Source: an uncultured Verrucomicrobiae bacterium (GTDB lineage Bacteria > Verrucomicrobiota > Verrucomicrobiia > Chthoniobacterales > JAFAMB01). From it: a DNA stretch of 64,000 nt. A model generated the notes under the pieces. The model saw only the letters and a program-made list of their open reading frames with translations. It had not been told where the DNA came from and did not search any database. Below, in pieces: positions 44,212-54,883 of the stretch (the stretch's first letter is position 1; each line of letters opens with the position of its first letter). A program made the translations under genes and the position numbers. Location: NCBI GenBank assembly GCA_963762565.1, contig CAVXLD010000001.1:198286-262285 (forward strand), read 5' to 3'.

Positions 44212-45315
44212 TCATACGCTTACCAGCGTTAGGTTCGGGTCCGCATCTAGCGCCAGGTCTGTCGTGGCATTTCCTCTGAAGCGATGAACAGCTACGTATC
44301 CGATCATAGCGGCATTGTCAGTGGTTAGTGCCGGCTGCGCCAGGAGTAAGCGTCTCCCAGTCTTCTCCGCGGCTTCCTTCATCCTATGCCGAAGCCGGGA
44401 ATTGCAACTGACACCACCACTAACCGTTATTAAGTCGACTCCAAGCTCGGCTGCTGCCGCCATCGTTTTCCGCACGAGGATATCCACTACCGCCTCTTGA
44501 AACGATGCGGCGACATCGGCTGCATAGTCGCCTTTCAGCTTCGGCAAAAGGTATCGGACAGCAGTCTTGATCCCGCTAAAGCTGAAGTTGAAATCGTGGC
44601 TACCTACCATCGGTCGAGGCAAATCGTATCGCCTCGAATCGCCTCTGGGCGCGAGCACGTCAATCTGGGGACCTCCTGGGTAAGGCAATCCCAACAACTT
44701 GGCGACCTTATCAAACGCTTCTCCGGCCGCATCGTCTACGGTTCCCCCCAGCACTTGGTATCGACCAACGCCATCCACCAAAACCAACAAAGTGTGGCCT
44801 CCGCTTACGACTAATCCGACAGACCGCTCGGGACCGGATTCAGTCGCAAAGAACGGCGACAGAAGATGCGCCTCGAGATGATTTACACCGACAAAAGGTC
44901 TGTTCAAACCGATCGCCAGCCCCTTTCCAAACGAGTATCCAACGAGTAACGACGTCAGCAATCCCGGCCCCCGAGTCGCGGCCACACAATCAATCTGCTG
45001 CACCTGCACATTGGCCGTGGTCAATGCTTGGTTAACCAAGGGAGCGACCTTAGACAGGTGATTACGGGATGCGACTTCCGGCACAACTCCACCGAACTCG
45101 CGATGAATCAACGTTTGACTGGAAATGCAAGAGCTTAGAAGTCTGGCGCCCGCAAGCACGGCAGCCGCGGTCTCATCGCAGGAGGTCTCTATGGAGAGCA
45201 CGACGGGACCGGCCACTCCGTCTTCACCAAGCGGCTCGACTGAGCTCGCTGAAGTCCTTCCGCCTTCCTCGATAGTTTCTGAACTATTGCGGACAAGATG
45301 GCGCGACGAGCTCAC
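44212..45315 (-). CDS. tsaD: tRNA N6-adenosine threonylcarbamoyltransferase
   Basis: LSIETSCDETAAAV, GVNHLEAHL and VSGGHT motifs. The GTG start overlaps the upstream stop (GTGA). Confidence 0.9.
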   Translation of the reverse strand: MSSSRHLVRNSSETIEEGGRTSASSVEPLGEDGVAGPVVLSIETSCDETAAAVLAGARLLSSCISSQTLIHREFGGVVPEVASRNHLSKVAPLVNQALTTANVQVQQIDCVAATRGPGLLTSLLVGYSFGKGLAIGLNRPFVGVNHLEAHLLSPFFATESGPERSVGLVVSGGHTLLVLVDGVGRYQVLGGTVDDAAGEAFDKVAKLLGLPYPGGPQIDVLAPRGDSRRYDLPRPMVGSHDFNFSFSGIKTAVRYLLPKLKGDYAADVAASFQEAVVDILVRKTMAAAAELGVDLITVSGGVSCNSRLRHRMKEAAEKTGRRLLLAQPALTTDNAAMIGYVAVHRFRGNATTDLALDADPNLTLVSV

Positions 45316-46607
45316 TTCTCTGACGGTTGGGGCTGAGCGCCGCCCTGCGTGTAGATCATGACGCTCTTCACCGCGTCGACTGCACGATCCAGTTGTGAGT
45401 CCCGTTGGCTGTTGACAAATTTTTGATCTTCCGGTGACACAGGGCCGTCTCTCCGTCGCAGAAGAAGCGCCCTCTCCTGATCCAAGGTTAACGATGCTTT
45501 GATGTTGGGCGTTACCCCATTTTGATGAATCACCTGGCGGCTAGGCGTATAATACCTAGCGGTGGTTAGACGGAGCGCGGAACCATCCGGCAATTGAATA
45601 ACGCTTTGTACCGATCCTTTCCCGAATGTGGTTTCTCCGACGAGAATAGCTCGATTGAGATCCTTTAATGCGCCGGCCACAATCTCAGCTCCACTTGCGC
45701 TCTGTCCATTCACCAGCACCGCCATTGGCATAGTCAGTCTAGGCTTCGCTTTTTGGTCAGTATAGTATTCGTGGCGTTGCGAGGCCTCGCGCCCCTGGGT
45801 ATAAACCACCATGGTTTTGGGCGCCACGAATTGCCCGCAAACATCAACGGCACTGGTTAACAACCCGCCTGGATTAAAACGCAGATCCAAAATCAATGCC
45901 TGCATCCCTTGCCGCTGTAGATCATCCAGTTTCTGACTCAACTCTTGTGCCGTCGGCTCGTTGAATTGGGTGATTCTCAAATAACCGATCTTGAATTTGG
46001 TGCCCTCTGATTGATCCAGGATCTTGGCATCCTTAACGCTCGTCACCTTGATGATCTCGCGTTGTAGGGTGAACTCTTTTGTTTCCTTAGTAGATGGCCG
46101 ATAAATTGTAAGGGTTACTTTTTGTCCGGGGTCGCCTTTGAGCTGATTCAAAGCGTCCTGCAAGCTCATTCGGTCCGTAACACTTCCGTTGATACGAAGG
46201 ATCTCGTCTCCAGGCATGATACCGGCGCGCATGCTTGGGGTATCCTCCATCGGAGTAACCACCGTGATGACCCCGTCCTTAGTGGAAACCACGATACCCA
46301 AGCCGCCAAACTCGCTCTTGGTGTCATCCTCCATGTCCCTGTAATCGGCCGGTTCCATGAACTGGCTGTGGGGATCCAGGCTATTGAGCATGCCGTGCAA
46401 CGCCGAGTAGGTCAGGCCACGGTAAGACGTCTTACTCTCGTCCACGTAATCCTGCCGCACCAATTGCAGGGCTCGGGTAAAGACCGTGAGATTAAAGTAG
46501 TCCGTGTTAGAATCGGCGGCTGCATTCCCGGTAAGGACCTTGAAGCCCACAGCCAGGTTGAACCCCACGAGCAGCGCGACCAATACCACGACCAATTTGC
46601 GCTTCAT
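45312..46607 (-). CDS. S41 carboxyl-terminal processing protease
   Basis: PDZ region, then SASGAEIVAGALKD...TFGKGSVQ catalytic Ser/Lys motifs. Confidence 0.9.
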   Translation of the reverse strand: MKRKLVVVLVALLVGFNLAVGFKVLTGNAAADSNTDYFNLTVFTRALQLVRQDYVDESKTSYRGLTYSALHGMLNSLDPHSQFMEPADYRDMEDDTKSEFGGLGIVVSTKDGVITVVTPMEDTPSMRAGIMPGDEILRINGSVTDRMSLQDALNQLKGDPGQKVTLTIYRPSTKETKEFTLQREIIKVTSVKDAKILDQSEGTKFKIGYLRITQFNEPTAQELSQKLDDLQRQGMQALILDLRFNPGGLLTSAVDVCGQFVAPKTMVVYTQGREASQRHEYYTDQKAKPRLTMPMAVLVNGQSASGAEIVAGALKDLNRAILVGETTFGKGSVQSVIQLPDGSALRLTTARYYTPSRQVIHQNGVTPNIKASLTLDQERALLLRRRDGPVSPEDQKFVNSQRDSQLDRAVDAVKSVMIYTQGGAQPQPSEK

Positions 46608-46648
46608 GTAAGAGCGGAACGTAACACAGCATTACAAATAACCAAGCT

Positions 46649-46894
46649 GGTGGGGCGAGGCTCCGGAATAACCTGAAATGGCAAACGGAGAACTCGATTT
46701 AGTCTAAACCGAGATCGCGCTTCGCCAATGGGCGCGCCGAGCCGATCCCAGCGTGTGGCAGCCGACGATCGGTCAGGGGGGGTGGAACATGCTGGGACCG
46801 GCTCGGCGCGTTTAGCGGCATCGCCCACGATAGATTGGCAAACATTGACGTCCTCCGCTCGAGCAAAGCGGCCGTTCGGGAGCCTCGCCCCACC
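46649..46894. repeat. Family A element, copy A6 (246 nt)
   Basis: TIRs 46649-46668 / 46875-46894. Internal 9-mers 46736-46744 / 46799-46807. Confidence 0.9.
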
Positions 46895-46902
46895 AACGCC
46901 TC

Positions 46903-47328
46903 TCAGAACCGCTTCCGGTGCCGGACCAGCCTATTGCCCTTTTCGTTGACCAGCACTAGTTCGTCTTCGGTGAGACTTTCAATACGCTCTTCAACCTGAT
47001 ACTGCTGCACGGAACCGGAATCGCTCCGATAAACCTCGCCCGAGGCGACCAGTTTCCCATCCTTGACATCCCACATCCCGGAAAAGCTCCAACGCGTCGT
47101 GCCTCCATCAGCGTGCATGATCTCATCCGCGGAATGCATCCCATCCCGATGGAAGCTGTTCTCGCCGTAGAATCGGTAGTTCCCCCCGGCTTCGTCAGTG
47201 ACCCAAGTCCCAACCAACTTTTGGGTTAGTTCTTGATCGGTCGGAGCGGACTTGTGGCAGGCAACACCGCCGGCGACGAGCAGGCTGCTCGCCAAGACAC
47301 CTCCTAGAATACGCCGTCGCCATCTCAT
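46903..47328 (-). CDS. Hypothetical lipoprotein
   Basis: MRWRRRILGGVLASSLLVAGGVAC lipobox. The track GTG start at 47346 lies in the hairpin arm, so the ATG at 47328 is preferred. Confidence 0.45.
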   Translation of the reverse strand: MRWRRRILGGVLASSLLVAGGVACHKSAPTDQELTQKLVGTWVTDEAGGNYRFYGENSFHRDGMHSADEIMHADGGTTRWSFSGMWDVKDGKLVASGEVYRSDSGSVQQYQVEERIESLTEDELVLVNEKGNRLVRHRKRF

Positions 47329-47340
47329 TCCATTTAATTT

Positions 47341-47422
47341 CACCACAGAGAGACAGAGGACACAAAAGCCAAAATTCGGTTTCCCTTAGGATGACCTTTG
47401 TGTCCCCTGTCTCTCTGTGGTG
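47341..47422. repeat. 26-bp-stem hairpin downstream of clpX
   Basis: caccacagagagacagaggacacaaa (47341-47366) pairs with tttgtgtcccctgtctctctgtggtg (47397-47422), with one mismatch and a 30-nt loop. Confidence 0.85.
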
Positions 47423-47425
47423 AAA

Positions 47426-48694
47426 TTAAGCGGCGTCCTTGTCCTGCTTCCTGCGAATTAGAGGAGCTCGTTTGCCCTCAACCACGGCCCGATTGATCAC
47501 CACGTCAGCGATGTCTTCCCGGCTCGGAACGTCGTACATAACGTCGAGCATGATTTTTTCGAACATGGAACGAAGCGCACGCGCCCCAGTTCCTTTGGTG
47601 GCCGCCTGTTGGGCCAACGCCCGGAGAGCGTCCTTAGTAACCACCAAGTTCACTCCCTCCATCGCCAATAGTTTGGTGTACTGCTTCACCATCGCGTTCC
47701 GCGTGTCGGTCAATATCAGGATTAACTCTTCCTCGGTTAAGGTATCCAGCGCCGTCACAATCGGTAACCGGCCGATGAACTCCGGTATCATCCCGAAGGA
47801 GAGCAGATCTTCGGGTTCGGTATGCCGCAAGGTATCACGCAACTGGAGGTCTGAGGAACTGATTTGAGGCGAATGAAAACCGAGTACTCGGTTCCCTAAC
47901 CGTCGATTAATCAGCCGGTCTAACCCCACAAAGGCTCCGCCGCAGATAAACAAAATCTTTTCCGTGTTAACCTGGATATACTCCTGGTGAGGATGCTTTC
48001 GTCCACCTTGAGGCGGGACATTGCAGCTGCTTCCTTCCAAAATCTTCAGAAGCGCCTGCTGGACGCCCTCACCGGAAACATCGCGGGTAATACTGACGTT
48101 ATCGGTTTTACGGCCGATCTTATCTATTTCATCGATATAAACGATTCCAATCTCGGCTCGTTTAACGTCGTAGTCAGCATTCTGCAGGAGCCGCAAGATG
48201 ATATTCTCGACGTCTTCCCCAACGTAACCGGCCTCGGTCAACGTCGTAGCATCAGCGATACAAAACGGCACATCCAGAATTCGGGCTAGTGTCCTGGCCA
48301 GGAGCGTCTTTCCGCACCCAGTTGGCCCGATCATCAAAATATTGCTCTTTTCAATCTCGACGTCAGCGTATGGATCGAGGGATAGATCCTTGGTCGGGTT
48401 GGCGTTCAGAATCCGCTTGTAATGGTTGTGGACGGCCACGGAAAGGACCTTCTTGGCCGAATCCTGCCCAATCACATGCTGATCGAGTTCGCGCCTGATC
48501 TCGACTGGCTTCGGCACACGCAGCGTTGTGGTCTGCCGTCGGGCGTCCTCGTTTAGCTCTTTATCGAGGATGCCTTTACAAACGTTGATACAATTATCGC
48601 AGATGTAGACACCCGGCCCGGCGATCAATTTGCGAACCTCTGCGTGGCTCTTTCCGCAGAAAGAACACATCGTCAGATTAGAGGCCCGGGCCAT
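47426..48694 (-). CDS. clpX: ATP-dependent Clp protease ATP-binding subunit ClpX
   Basis: N-terminal zinc ribbon CSFCGK...CDNC, Walker A GPTGCGKT, and the IGFG-like loop region. Confidence 0.97.
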   Translation of the reverse strand: MARASNLTMCSFCGKSHAEVRKLIAGPGVYICDNCINVCKGILDKELNEDARRQTTTLRVPKPVEIRRELDQHVIGQDSAKKVLSVAVHNHYKRILNANPTKDLSLDPYADVEIEKSNILMIGPTGCGKTLLARTLARILDVPFCIADATTLTEAGYVGEDVENIILRLLQNADYDVKRAEIGIVYIDEIDKIGRKTDNVSITRDVSGEGVQQALLKILEGSSCNVPPQGGRKHPHQEYIQVNTEKILFICGGAFVGLDRLINRRLGNRVLGFHSPQISSSDLQLRDTLRHTEPEDLLSFGMIPEFIGRLPIVTALDTLTEEELILILTDTRNAMVKQYTKLLAMEGVNLVVTKDALRALAQQAATKGTGARALRSMFEKIMLDVMYDVPSREDIADVVINRAVVEGKRAPLIRRKQDKDAA

Positions 48695-48734
48695 ACGACT
48701 TACTAAACCGCTCTACAAGATACCAAGAAACCTT

Positions 48735-49400
48735 TCACGAAGCCAGTACCCTATCACCATTTTGAGGGAGCGCCTCTGCCTTTACATCCTTACGCGACTT
48801 CACCACTTCGTCGACCACGCCATAGATCCGCGCTTCTTCCGCCGACATCCAGTAGTCACGGTCGGAATCGATCCCGATCTGTTCCTCCGTTTTGCCGGTG
48901 TGCTGCGCAAGGATATGGATCAGCCGTTTCTTGATCTTGAACATCCATTCCACGGTGCGTTCGACGTCACTTGCGGTACCCTGAGCGCCGCCGGAAACCT
49001 GGTGGATCATAATATCCGAATTTGGCAACGCGTACCGCTTTCCGCGGGTCCCAGCAGCCAGCAACACTGCTCCCATACTCGCCGCTATGCCCACACAATA
49101 GGTCGCTACCTCGCAAGTGACGAACTGCATGGTATCATAAATCGCCATCCCCGCCGTGACCGAACCGCCGGGCGAATTGATGTACAGATTGATGTCCTTC
49201 TTCGGATCCGTCATCTGCAGAAAAAGCATTTGCGCCACGACCAAGTTGGCCACGTGATCATCGATCGCCGTCCCGATGAATACGATCCGATCGTTCAGCA
49301 GCCGGCTATAAATATCGAGGCTTCGCTCTCCTCTTCCCGTCTGCTCGATCACCATCGGAACCAGGTATGAGCTTGGCTTTGAATAGTTTGATTTCGACAT
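48735..49400 (-). CDS. clpP: ATP-dependent Clp protease proteolytic subunit
   Basis: [13 protein letters not shown] and GIAASMGA (Ser) motifs plus the His region. Confidence 0.95.
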   Translation of the reverse strand: MSKSNYSKPSSYLVPMVIEQTGRGERSLDIYSRLLNDRIVFIGTAIDDHVANLVVAQMLFLQMTDPKKDINLYINSPGGSVTAGMAIYDTMQFVTCEVATYCVGIAASMGAVLLAAGTRGKRYALPNSDIMIHQVSGGAQGTASDVERTVEWMFKIKKRLIHILAQHTGKTEEQIGIDSDRDYWMSAEEARIYGVVDEVVKSRKDVKAEALPQNGDRVLAS

Positions 49401-49417
49401 GAATAAATCGGCCCGGA

Positions 49418-50746
49418 TTATCGGTTTAGTTGAGGCTCCGAACTCGTTTCGACGTTAGCATTCGAGGTTAGGAAATCAAGGACCTTGCCGACCTGGATCT
49501 CGTCGATCAGCTGGGGAATTGCTCCTCTTTTATCCAACTCCGACATGGCTTTCTCGTAAGACATCCCATGTTGCGCCGCCAGCGATTCCACCCGGCGCTT
49601 CAATTCCGGCCCGCTCACCTCGATTTTCTCGGCTTCACCAATCCGGGTGAGGATAAAGCTGGCCTTCAGCCGGTCTTTTGCACTGCGAGACGCCACGTTC
49701 ATGATCTCCTTCCCGCTCTCTCTCAAGGCATCTTCGCTGACGCCTCTCAATTGGTTTTGCTCCACAATCTCGGACATGATTCGCCGGGTCTCATCTTTGA
49801 CGTAGCTCTGGGGTAGCTCGCATTCGACCCGTTGAGTCAGAAAATCCACAATCTGGTTGCGCTTGGCTCTCTCAATTTCTTCTGTCTTTTGCTCGGTAAG
49901 CCTGTCCCGGAGTTGAGCACGCAGCTGGTCTAAAGCCAGCCCAGGGGCAACCTGCGCAGCAAACTCGTCATTCAATTCCGGCAACTCCATCCGCTTCAAC
50001 GCCTTCAATTCCACCTGGAAGTGGATCACGCGGCCCTGCAGGGGCTTGACCGGAAAATCATCCGGCGGACTGAGATCAAATTCGCGCCGTTCTCCGATTT
50101 GCATCCCCAGAACCGCGGCGCCAAAACCAGGTAATAAGCTGTCTTCCTGGAGTTTAATCCAGAAATCTTTCCCGTTGGCCAGCCGTTTAGGAGCATCCGG
50201 AATCGCTTCCAAGAGCGGTTGGCCATCGACCGTAGTTTCGAAATCGATTACCCCAAAACCGCCCATTTCCAATGCACCATCGGATTGCTCGGTAAACGTA
50301 GCGTGCCGCTCCCGGAGCCGCTCTAGAGCGGTTTCAACTTCCGGATCTGACACTTGGAGCGGTGGTACCTTCACCGGAATCCCTTTGTATGCAGGAAGCT
50401 CAAACTCTGGCGAGGTAACTACGGTCGCCGTGAAACGCATGCTGCGTTCCGGGGTAAATTCAACATCTTCAACGTTCGATACGGATAAAACTCGTAGGCC
50501 TTTTTCCCGAATCGCTTCTTTGGTCGATTCGTTGACCAGTTTTCGCGTTAACTCTTCTTGGATTTCTTTGCGAAACTTTGATTCAACCACGTGCTGAGGC
50601 GCTTTCCCGGGGCGGAAGCCGCGTATCCGAGCGACCTGTTGGAACCCTTTTACCACGTCGTTCCATTCTTTGGTTACGCGTTCTGGGGGCAATTCGACCC
50701 TCAATGACGCCAAACAATTCGGTAAATTCTCAACTTCTACGTTCAT
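49418..50746 (-). CDS. tig: Trigger factor
   Basis: GFRPGKAP ribosome-binding signature. 442 aa. tig-clpP-clpX order. Confidence 0.9.
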   Translation of the reverse strand: MNVEVENLPNCLASLRVELPPERVTKEWNDVVKGFQQVARIRGFRPGKAPQHVVESKFRKEIQEELTRKLVNESTKEAIREKGLRVLSVSNVEDVEFTPERSMRFTATVVTSPEFELPAYKGIPVKVPPLQVSDPEVETALERLRERHATFTEQSDGALEMGGFGVIDFETTVDGQPLLEAIPDAPKRLANGKDFWIKLQEDSLLPGFGAAVLGMQIGERREFDLSPPDDFPVKPLQGRVIHFQVELKALKRMELPELNDEFAAQVAPGLALDQLRAQLRDRLTEQKTEEIERAKRNQIVDFLTQRVECELPQSYVKDETRRIMSEIVEQNQLRGVSEDALRESGKEIMNVASRSAKDRLKASFILTRIGEAEKIEVSGPELKRRVESLAAQHGMSYEKAMSELDKRGAIPQLIDEIQVGKVLDFLTSNANVETSSEPQLNR

Positions 50747-50796
50747 GGAAACTTAGCGAACGCCAAGCCTAGACCTGATCCCGTATCGGGGCAAGA

Positions 50797-50992
50797 GGGC
50801 GAATAGGCGAAACGGCGAGTGGGTCAATGGGCGAAAAGGCGACAACGCGTCAGAATCATCTCTGAACGCTATGGCAGAAAACTCGACGGTCTCGCGACAC
50901 GAGTTGCTGTTTCAGACAAACGCAGCGGTTTTGAGCCGTTCCGCGGGCACCCTCGCCGTATCGCCCTTTTCGCCCACTCGCCGTTTCGCTCC
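50797..50992. repeat. Array-bracketed element H2 (GGCGAAN arrays)
   Basis: Left gggcgaataggcgaaacggcgagtgggtcaatgggcgaaaaggcgac. Right cctcgccgtatcgcccttttcgcccactcgccgtttcgctcc. 107-nt core. Confidence 0.8.
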
Positions 50993-51007
50993 CGCGTCCG
51001 GAAACGT

Positions 51008-52279
51008 TCACAATCCACTTTCCGCAACCCAGCGGTGCATCTCACCCTCTGCGACTGGACCAACCACTGCCAGACCCATACGGGTGGGATCAAAACAAAG
51101 ACGCGCAACCGATTGGATCGCTTCCGGAGTGACTTCTTTGACTTTCGCCTGGACCTCTTCCGGATGAATCACGTGCTCGTAAGCGATGATCGATTCCCCC
51201 ATCCACATGATCTGATTAGTGGTGCTCTCCAAGCTAAGTTCGTTTTGGCCGATCGTGTATTCCTGCGCCTGGTGAAGCTCTTTCTCGGTCGGCGGCTCCT
51301 CACAGACTCTCTCCAATTCGTGCCGGATCGCTCGCAAGGCGCTCTTTAATTTGCCCGGTTCCAATCCGACGCAAATGCTCATCAATCCTGAATCTTCGAG
51401 CACCAACGTTCCACTATGGACAGAGTAACAGTAAGCGTAACGCTCCCTGAGCTGTTGGAACAGGCGGGAACTCATATTTTCGCCCAGGATGACGCTGAGG
51501 ATCTTCAGAGCGTGGCGCCGGTCATCGTTGCGATCGATGGCATGATAACCCAACGCTAAATGGGTCTGTTCTGTTCCTTCCTTGGCTACCGCCATCCGGT
51601 CCTTAACTTTGGTTCCTTTCCAGCGATCAAATTCGGGCGGAGTCCCAGCTGGCAGGTCCGCCATCGTTGATTCGAATTTGCTGACGACCTCGTTATGGCG
51701 GCAACATCCCCCAACCGTGATGACCGTGGTACAGCCGTTATAATTCCGCTCCATATATTGAACCAGATCGGGCCGCCGGATGCGGCCGATTGATTCCAGC
51801 GAACCGGTCAACGGCCGGCCCAGAGCGTGACGCGGCCACATCACTCCGCTTAACAACTCTTGCGAGAGCTGGGAGGGTTGATCCCGATACATCAAAATCT
51901 CTTCGCGAATAACGTCGCGTTCTCGCTCGATCTCGACGTCCGCCAGCAACGAGTTGCGAAACATGTCGGTCAGCACATCCGCCAGGATATTGAAGTAATG
52001 AGCTGCCGCTTTTGCATAAAAGCAGGTGTGATCTTCGGTCGTGAAGGCGTTGATAAATCCGCCCACTCCTTCTACCTCCTCAGTCAACCGTTGAGCATTC
52101 CTCGTTTTGGTCCCCTTAAATAGAAGATGCTCAAGAAAGTGGGAGATGCCGCAGTGTTCCTCAGGCTCGTGACGACCGCCCACTGCAACCCAGATACCTA
52201 CGCTGACGCTCTTCATGTGAGGCATCTCGCAGGTCGCTACCCTAATTCCATTCCTGAGCTTTGTTGTCTGATATATCAT
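51008..52279 (-). CDS. M16 family (pitrilysin-like) zinc peptidase
   Basis: HFLEHLLFKGT inverted zinc-binding motif (HxxEH). Confidence 0.85.
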   Translation of the reverse strand: MIYQTTKLRNGIRVATCEMPHMKSVSVGIWVAVGGRHEPEEHCGISHFLEHLLFKGTKTRNAQRLTEEVEGVGGFINAFTTEDHTCFYAKAAAHYFNILADVLTDMFRNSLLADVEIERERDVIREEILMYRDQPSQLSQELLSGVMWPRHALGRPLTGSLESIGRIRRPDLVQYMERNYNGCTTVITVGGCCRHNEVVSKFESTMADLPAGTPPEFDRWKGTKVKDRMAVAKEGTEQTHLALGYHAIDRNDDRRHALKILSVILGENMSSRLFQQLRERYAYCYSVHSGTLVLEDSGLMSICVGLEPGKLKSALRAIRHELERVCEEPPTEKELHQAQEYTIGQNELSLESTTNQIMWMGESIIAYEHVIHPEEVQAKVKEVTPEAIQSVARLCFDPTRMGLAVVGPVAEGEMHRWVAESGL

Positions 52280-52322
52280 TGCTTAGATCTTCAGATAGTC
52301 AGACGTAAAAATCTGCGGCGCA

Positions 52323-53021
52323 TCATGTTCCAGTCGCTACTTTGTCTGTCTCCAGCTTGAATAAGCTGCGAGCTAATTCCAAATCACTCGGATAGGTCAC
52401 CTTTAAATTCCAATCTCCGCTCTGCATCAGGCGCACCGGAAATCCGGCCATTTCTGCCGCCGACGTCTCGTCCGTAACCGTCATCCCGCGAGCAAGCACC
52501 AACTCGTACGCGGCAAATAACCAATCCCGTCTGAAGATTTGTGGCGTTTGCATCGTCCACAGACCCGAGCGGTCAATACTACCGACTACCAAACCATCAC
52601 TATCAACTTTTTTCAACGTCTCGACGACAGGAGCCGCCAATGCAACAGCTCCACATTTAGTTGCGAGCAGCATCGCGTTCGAGATTGTCGAACTCGAAAC
52701 CAAGGGCCTGGCGCCATCGTGCACAGCGACAAGTTCAACATCCTCGCTCAGCGCCCCTAAACCTTGCCAGACCGATAAATGCCGGTTCGCACCGCCGGTC
52801 ACAACAGCCGCTACTTTCTTCAGCGCATATTCCCCGACCAGGTTGCCAAACTGCTTGATGCGTTCTTCGTTCGCAACCAAGACGATCTCATCCACTTCCG
52901 GGCAGTTTTCAAAGCGCTCCAGGGTCCTGATAAATAAAGGTCTACCATCCAAGTCCGCAGTAAGCTTGTCGAACCCCATTCGTTGACTATTGCCCGCGGC
53001 CACTACAATCGCTGCTCTCAT
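52323..53021 (-). CDS. ispD: 2-C-methyl-D-erythritol 4-phosphate cytidylyltransferase
   Basis: AIVVAAGNSQRMG N-terminus. VHDGARP and TPQIF motifs. The track start at 53042 is also possible. Confidence 0.85.
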   Translation of the reverse strand: MRAAIVVAAGNSQRMGFDKLTADLDGRPLFIRTLERFENCPEVDEIVLVANEERIKQFGNLVGEYALKKVAAVVTGGANRHLSVWQGLGALSEDVELVAVHDGARPLVSSSTISNAMLLATKCGAVALAAPVVETLKKVDSDGLVVGSIDRSGLWTMQTPQIFRRDWLFAAYELVLARGMTVTDETSAAEMAGFPVRLMQSGDWNLKVTYPSDLELARSLFKLETDKVATGT

Positions 53022-53098
53022 TAAAAAAGGCCAGAGTCGCATTTAACCGAGGCCAATCGGCTATAGAAGCCGATCCGCTACGAAATAACAAGTGAAAA

Positions 53099-53257
53099 GG
53101 CGGGGCGAGTTTGCGGTTCAATATCAGCGGCTCCGATCACGGCGCAGAGAAAGTCATGGCTTAGCGGTATCCCACTGAATGGAACCTATGGGACTCATGA
53201 GCGGCGCCTCAGCGCAAGCCCGAAACCGCCAACGGCTAACGGCAAACCGTGAACCCG
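53099..53257. repeat. Degenerate array-bracketed element J
   Basis: Left ggcggggcgagtttgcggttc. Right cgaaaccgccaacggctaacggcaaaccgtgaacccg, abutting the yqeY stop. The core contains agcggctcc. Weak. Confidence 0.3.
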
Positions 53258-53710
53258 TCAGGGGAGAGCTTCCCGAACAGATTGGCTCAGCGTCTTACCG
53301 TCGACTCGACCGGCGGCCTTCTCCGTCGCAATTTTCATCACTTGACCCAGCTGAGCCTTTGAGGTGGCGTTGGCTTCGGTTATCGCTTCGCGAACCAGCG
53401 CCTTTATTTCCTCCTCTGACAAGGGCTTAGGAAGATATTGGTTGAGGATCTGCATCTCGCGCCTCTCTTTCTCAGCCAGCTCAGGCCGGCCACCCTTTTC
53501 AAAACCAGCAATAGAGTCCTCCCTCTGCTTGACCTGTTTACGGATAACGATCAGGGTTTCCGGGTCCGCCAGCTTTCCGCCGGCTCCGTATTTCTCAATG
53601 GTGGCATTCATCAATGCCGATTTCGCCATCCGCAAAACAGAGAGACGTTCCGCCTCTCTAGCCCGCATCGCTTCTTTAAGATCAGCCTCGATCTGGTCTT
53701 GGATCGTCAT
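53258..53710 (-). CDS. GatB/YqeY domain-containing protein
   Basis: 150 aa. MTIQDQIEADLKEAMRAREAERLSVLR... is a typical YqeY N-terminus. Confidence 0.85.
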   Translation of the reverse strand: MTIQDQIEADLKEAMRAREAERLSVLRMAKSALMNATIEKYGAGGKLADPETLIVIRKQVKQREDSIAGFEKGGRPELAEKERREMQILNQYLPKPLSEEEIKALVREAITEANATSKAQLGQVMKIATEKAAGRVDGKTLSQSVREALP

Positions 53711-53727
53711 GGGAAAACCTAGAATAA

Positions 53728-53886
53728 GAAACGAGCGAGAACGAGCGGAAACGAACGAGAAAGTTCGGAAGCGAGGATTGGCGGGGCGAGGCTCCCGCAG
53801 GACCCTGCGCGACGCCAGGGTTTAAGGCAATTCGATTCCGGATGTAATGTTAGGCCGAAACAAGCGCCGAGCCGCTCGTTTCTCCT
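53728..53886. repeat. Family A half element A7 (left half only) with GAACGAG arrays
   Basis: gaaacgagcgagaacgagcggaaacgaacgagaaag array, TIR ggcggggcgaggctcccgca (53780-53799), a 66-nt arm, gccgagccg (53866-53874), then immediately ctcgtttctc. Confidence 0.75.
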
Positions 53887-53919
53887 GGCTGAAAGCCGAA
53901 ATTCGGGCAATATAGGCGA

Positions 53920-54834
53920 ATGCGTTTGCGCGTGGCCGTAGCTGTACTGGGTTTCTGTTTTATTCAGGCTTTCTCGGCAACTGCATCGCTTCCTTTCAGC
54001 ACCGTTTTCAAAGGCGAACCAATTTTTGATTTATTGGTGCGCAGAGCCGAGCAAGAAGGCTGGCGTTCGCGACCATTGGGTGAGCGAATGGTTTTGGTCG
54101 GGAAAGCTTTACTGGGCACGCCATACCGCAGCTTTACCTTGGAAATTGACGATCACATCGAAGCACCTTCGGTCGATTTCCTCGGCATGGATTGTTGGAC
54201 CTTTTACGAGATCGCTCTCGCATTCTCCAGAATGCTCGAATTGAAATCGAGTGCGTACAGTCCCCAGGATCTCTTGTCCATCATCGAGCTGGATCGTTAC
54301 CGAGGTGGACACTGCAATGGTCTCTACACCTCGCGTTTGCACTTTCTTGAGGACTGGATTTACGACAATCAGAGGCGCGGTTTGGTCCAGAATATGACCG
54401 TCAGTCTAGGCGGGGTTCCGATGCGCGGCCGCTATCTCAACGAGATGAGCAAGTATTGGCGTAGCTCGCGGTATTTGCGGAACAATCCCAATCTGATTCC
54501 GGTGATCCGCAACATGGAAGAAACCGTAGCCTCTCGCCCGATTTACCATATCCCGAGAGACCGGGTCGCCGCCATCGAGCCTAAGATTCGAAGCGGTGAC
54601 ATCATCTGCATCACCGGCCGGGGACCCGAAGGATTTACCGAGCACGTCGGGATTGCTTATCGAGACGGCGTCGGCGTTCTGCATTTCATGCATGCGTCCA
54701 AGGACGAACACCAGGTCATGATTGATGTCGCTCTGCATCAATACGTCTACCGGTATCGTAAATTCGCCGGCATCATGGTAGTGCGGCCCGTTGATTTATC
54801 GCCGGGCGAGGAGTCGCATGTCGCAGCCAACTAG
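53920..54834 (+). CDS. DUF1460-like (amidase-like) secreted protein
   Basis: Signal peptide. The LLGTPYRSFTLE...DCWTFYEIALAFSRM pattern is as I recall for DUF1460. Not verified. Confidence 0.55.
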   Translation: MRLRVAVAVLGFCFIQAFSATASLPFSTVFKGEPIFDLLVRRAEQEGWRSRPLGERMVLVGKALLGTPYRSFTLEIDDHIEAPSVDFLGMDCWTFYEIALAFSRMLELKSSAYSPQDLLSIIELDRYRGGHCNGLYTSRLHFLEDWIYDNQRRGLVQNMTVSLGGVPMRGRYLNEMSKYWRSSRYLRNNPNLIPVIRNMEETVASRPIYHIPRDRVAAIEPKIRSGDIICITGRGPEGFTEHVGIAYRDGVGVLHFMHASKDEHQVMIDVALHQYVYRYRKFAGIMVVRPVDLSPGEESHVAAN

Positions 54835-54883
54835 TCTGGTGGTTATCCATTCGTGGTTCGTAAACGGCCAGAGGTGGTCCGGC

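Noticed and set aside
48630-49370. Long antisense ORFs: 48630-49370 opposite clpP, 50046-50597 opposite tig, 43221-43955 opposite the secreted-protein gene, 46122-46676 opposite the S41 protease, 39622-40203, 57213-57746 and 7466-7930
   Set aside because: Each overlaps a confidently identified gene on the other strand or a repeat. Their translations are Arg/Ser/Pro-rich, as is typical of antisense frames in GC-rich DNA, and they have no recognisable motifs.
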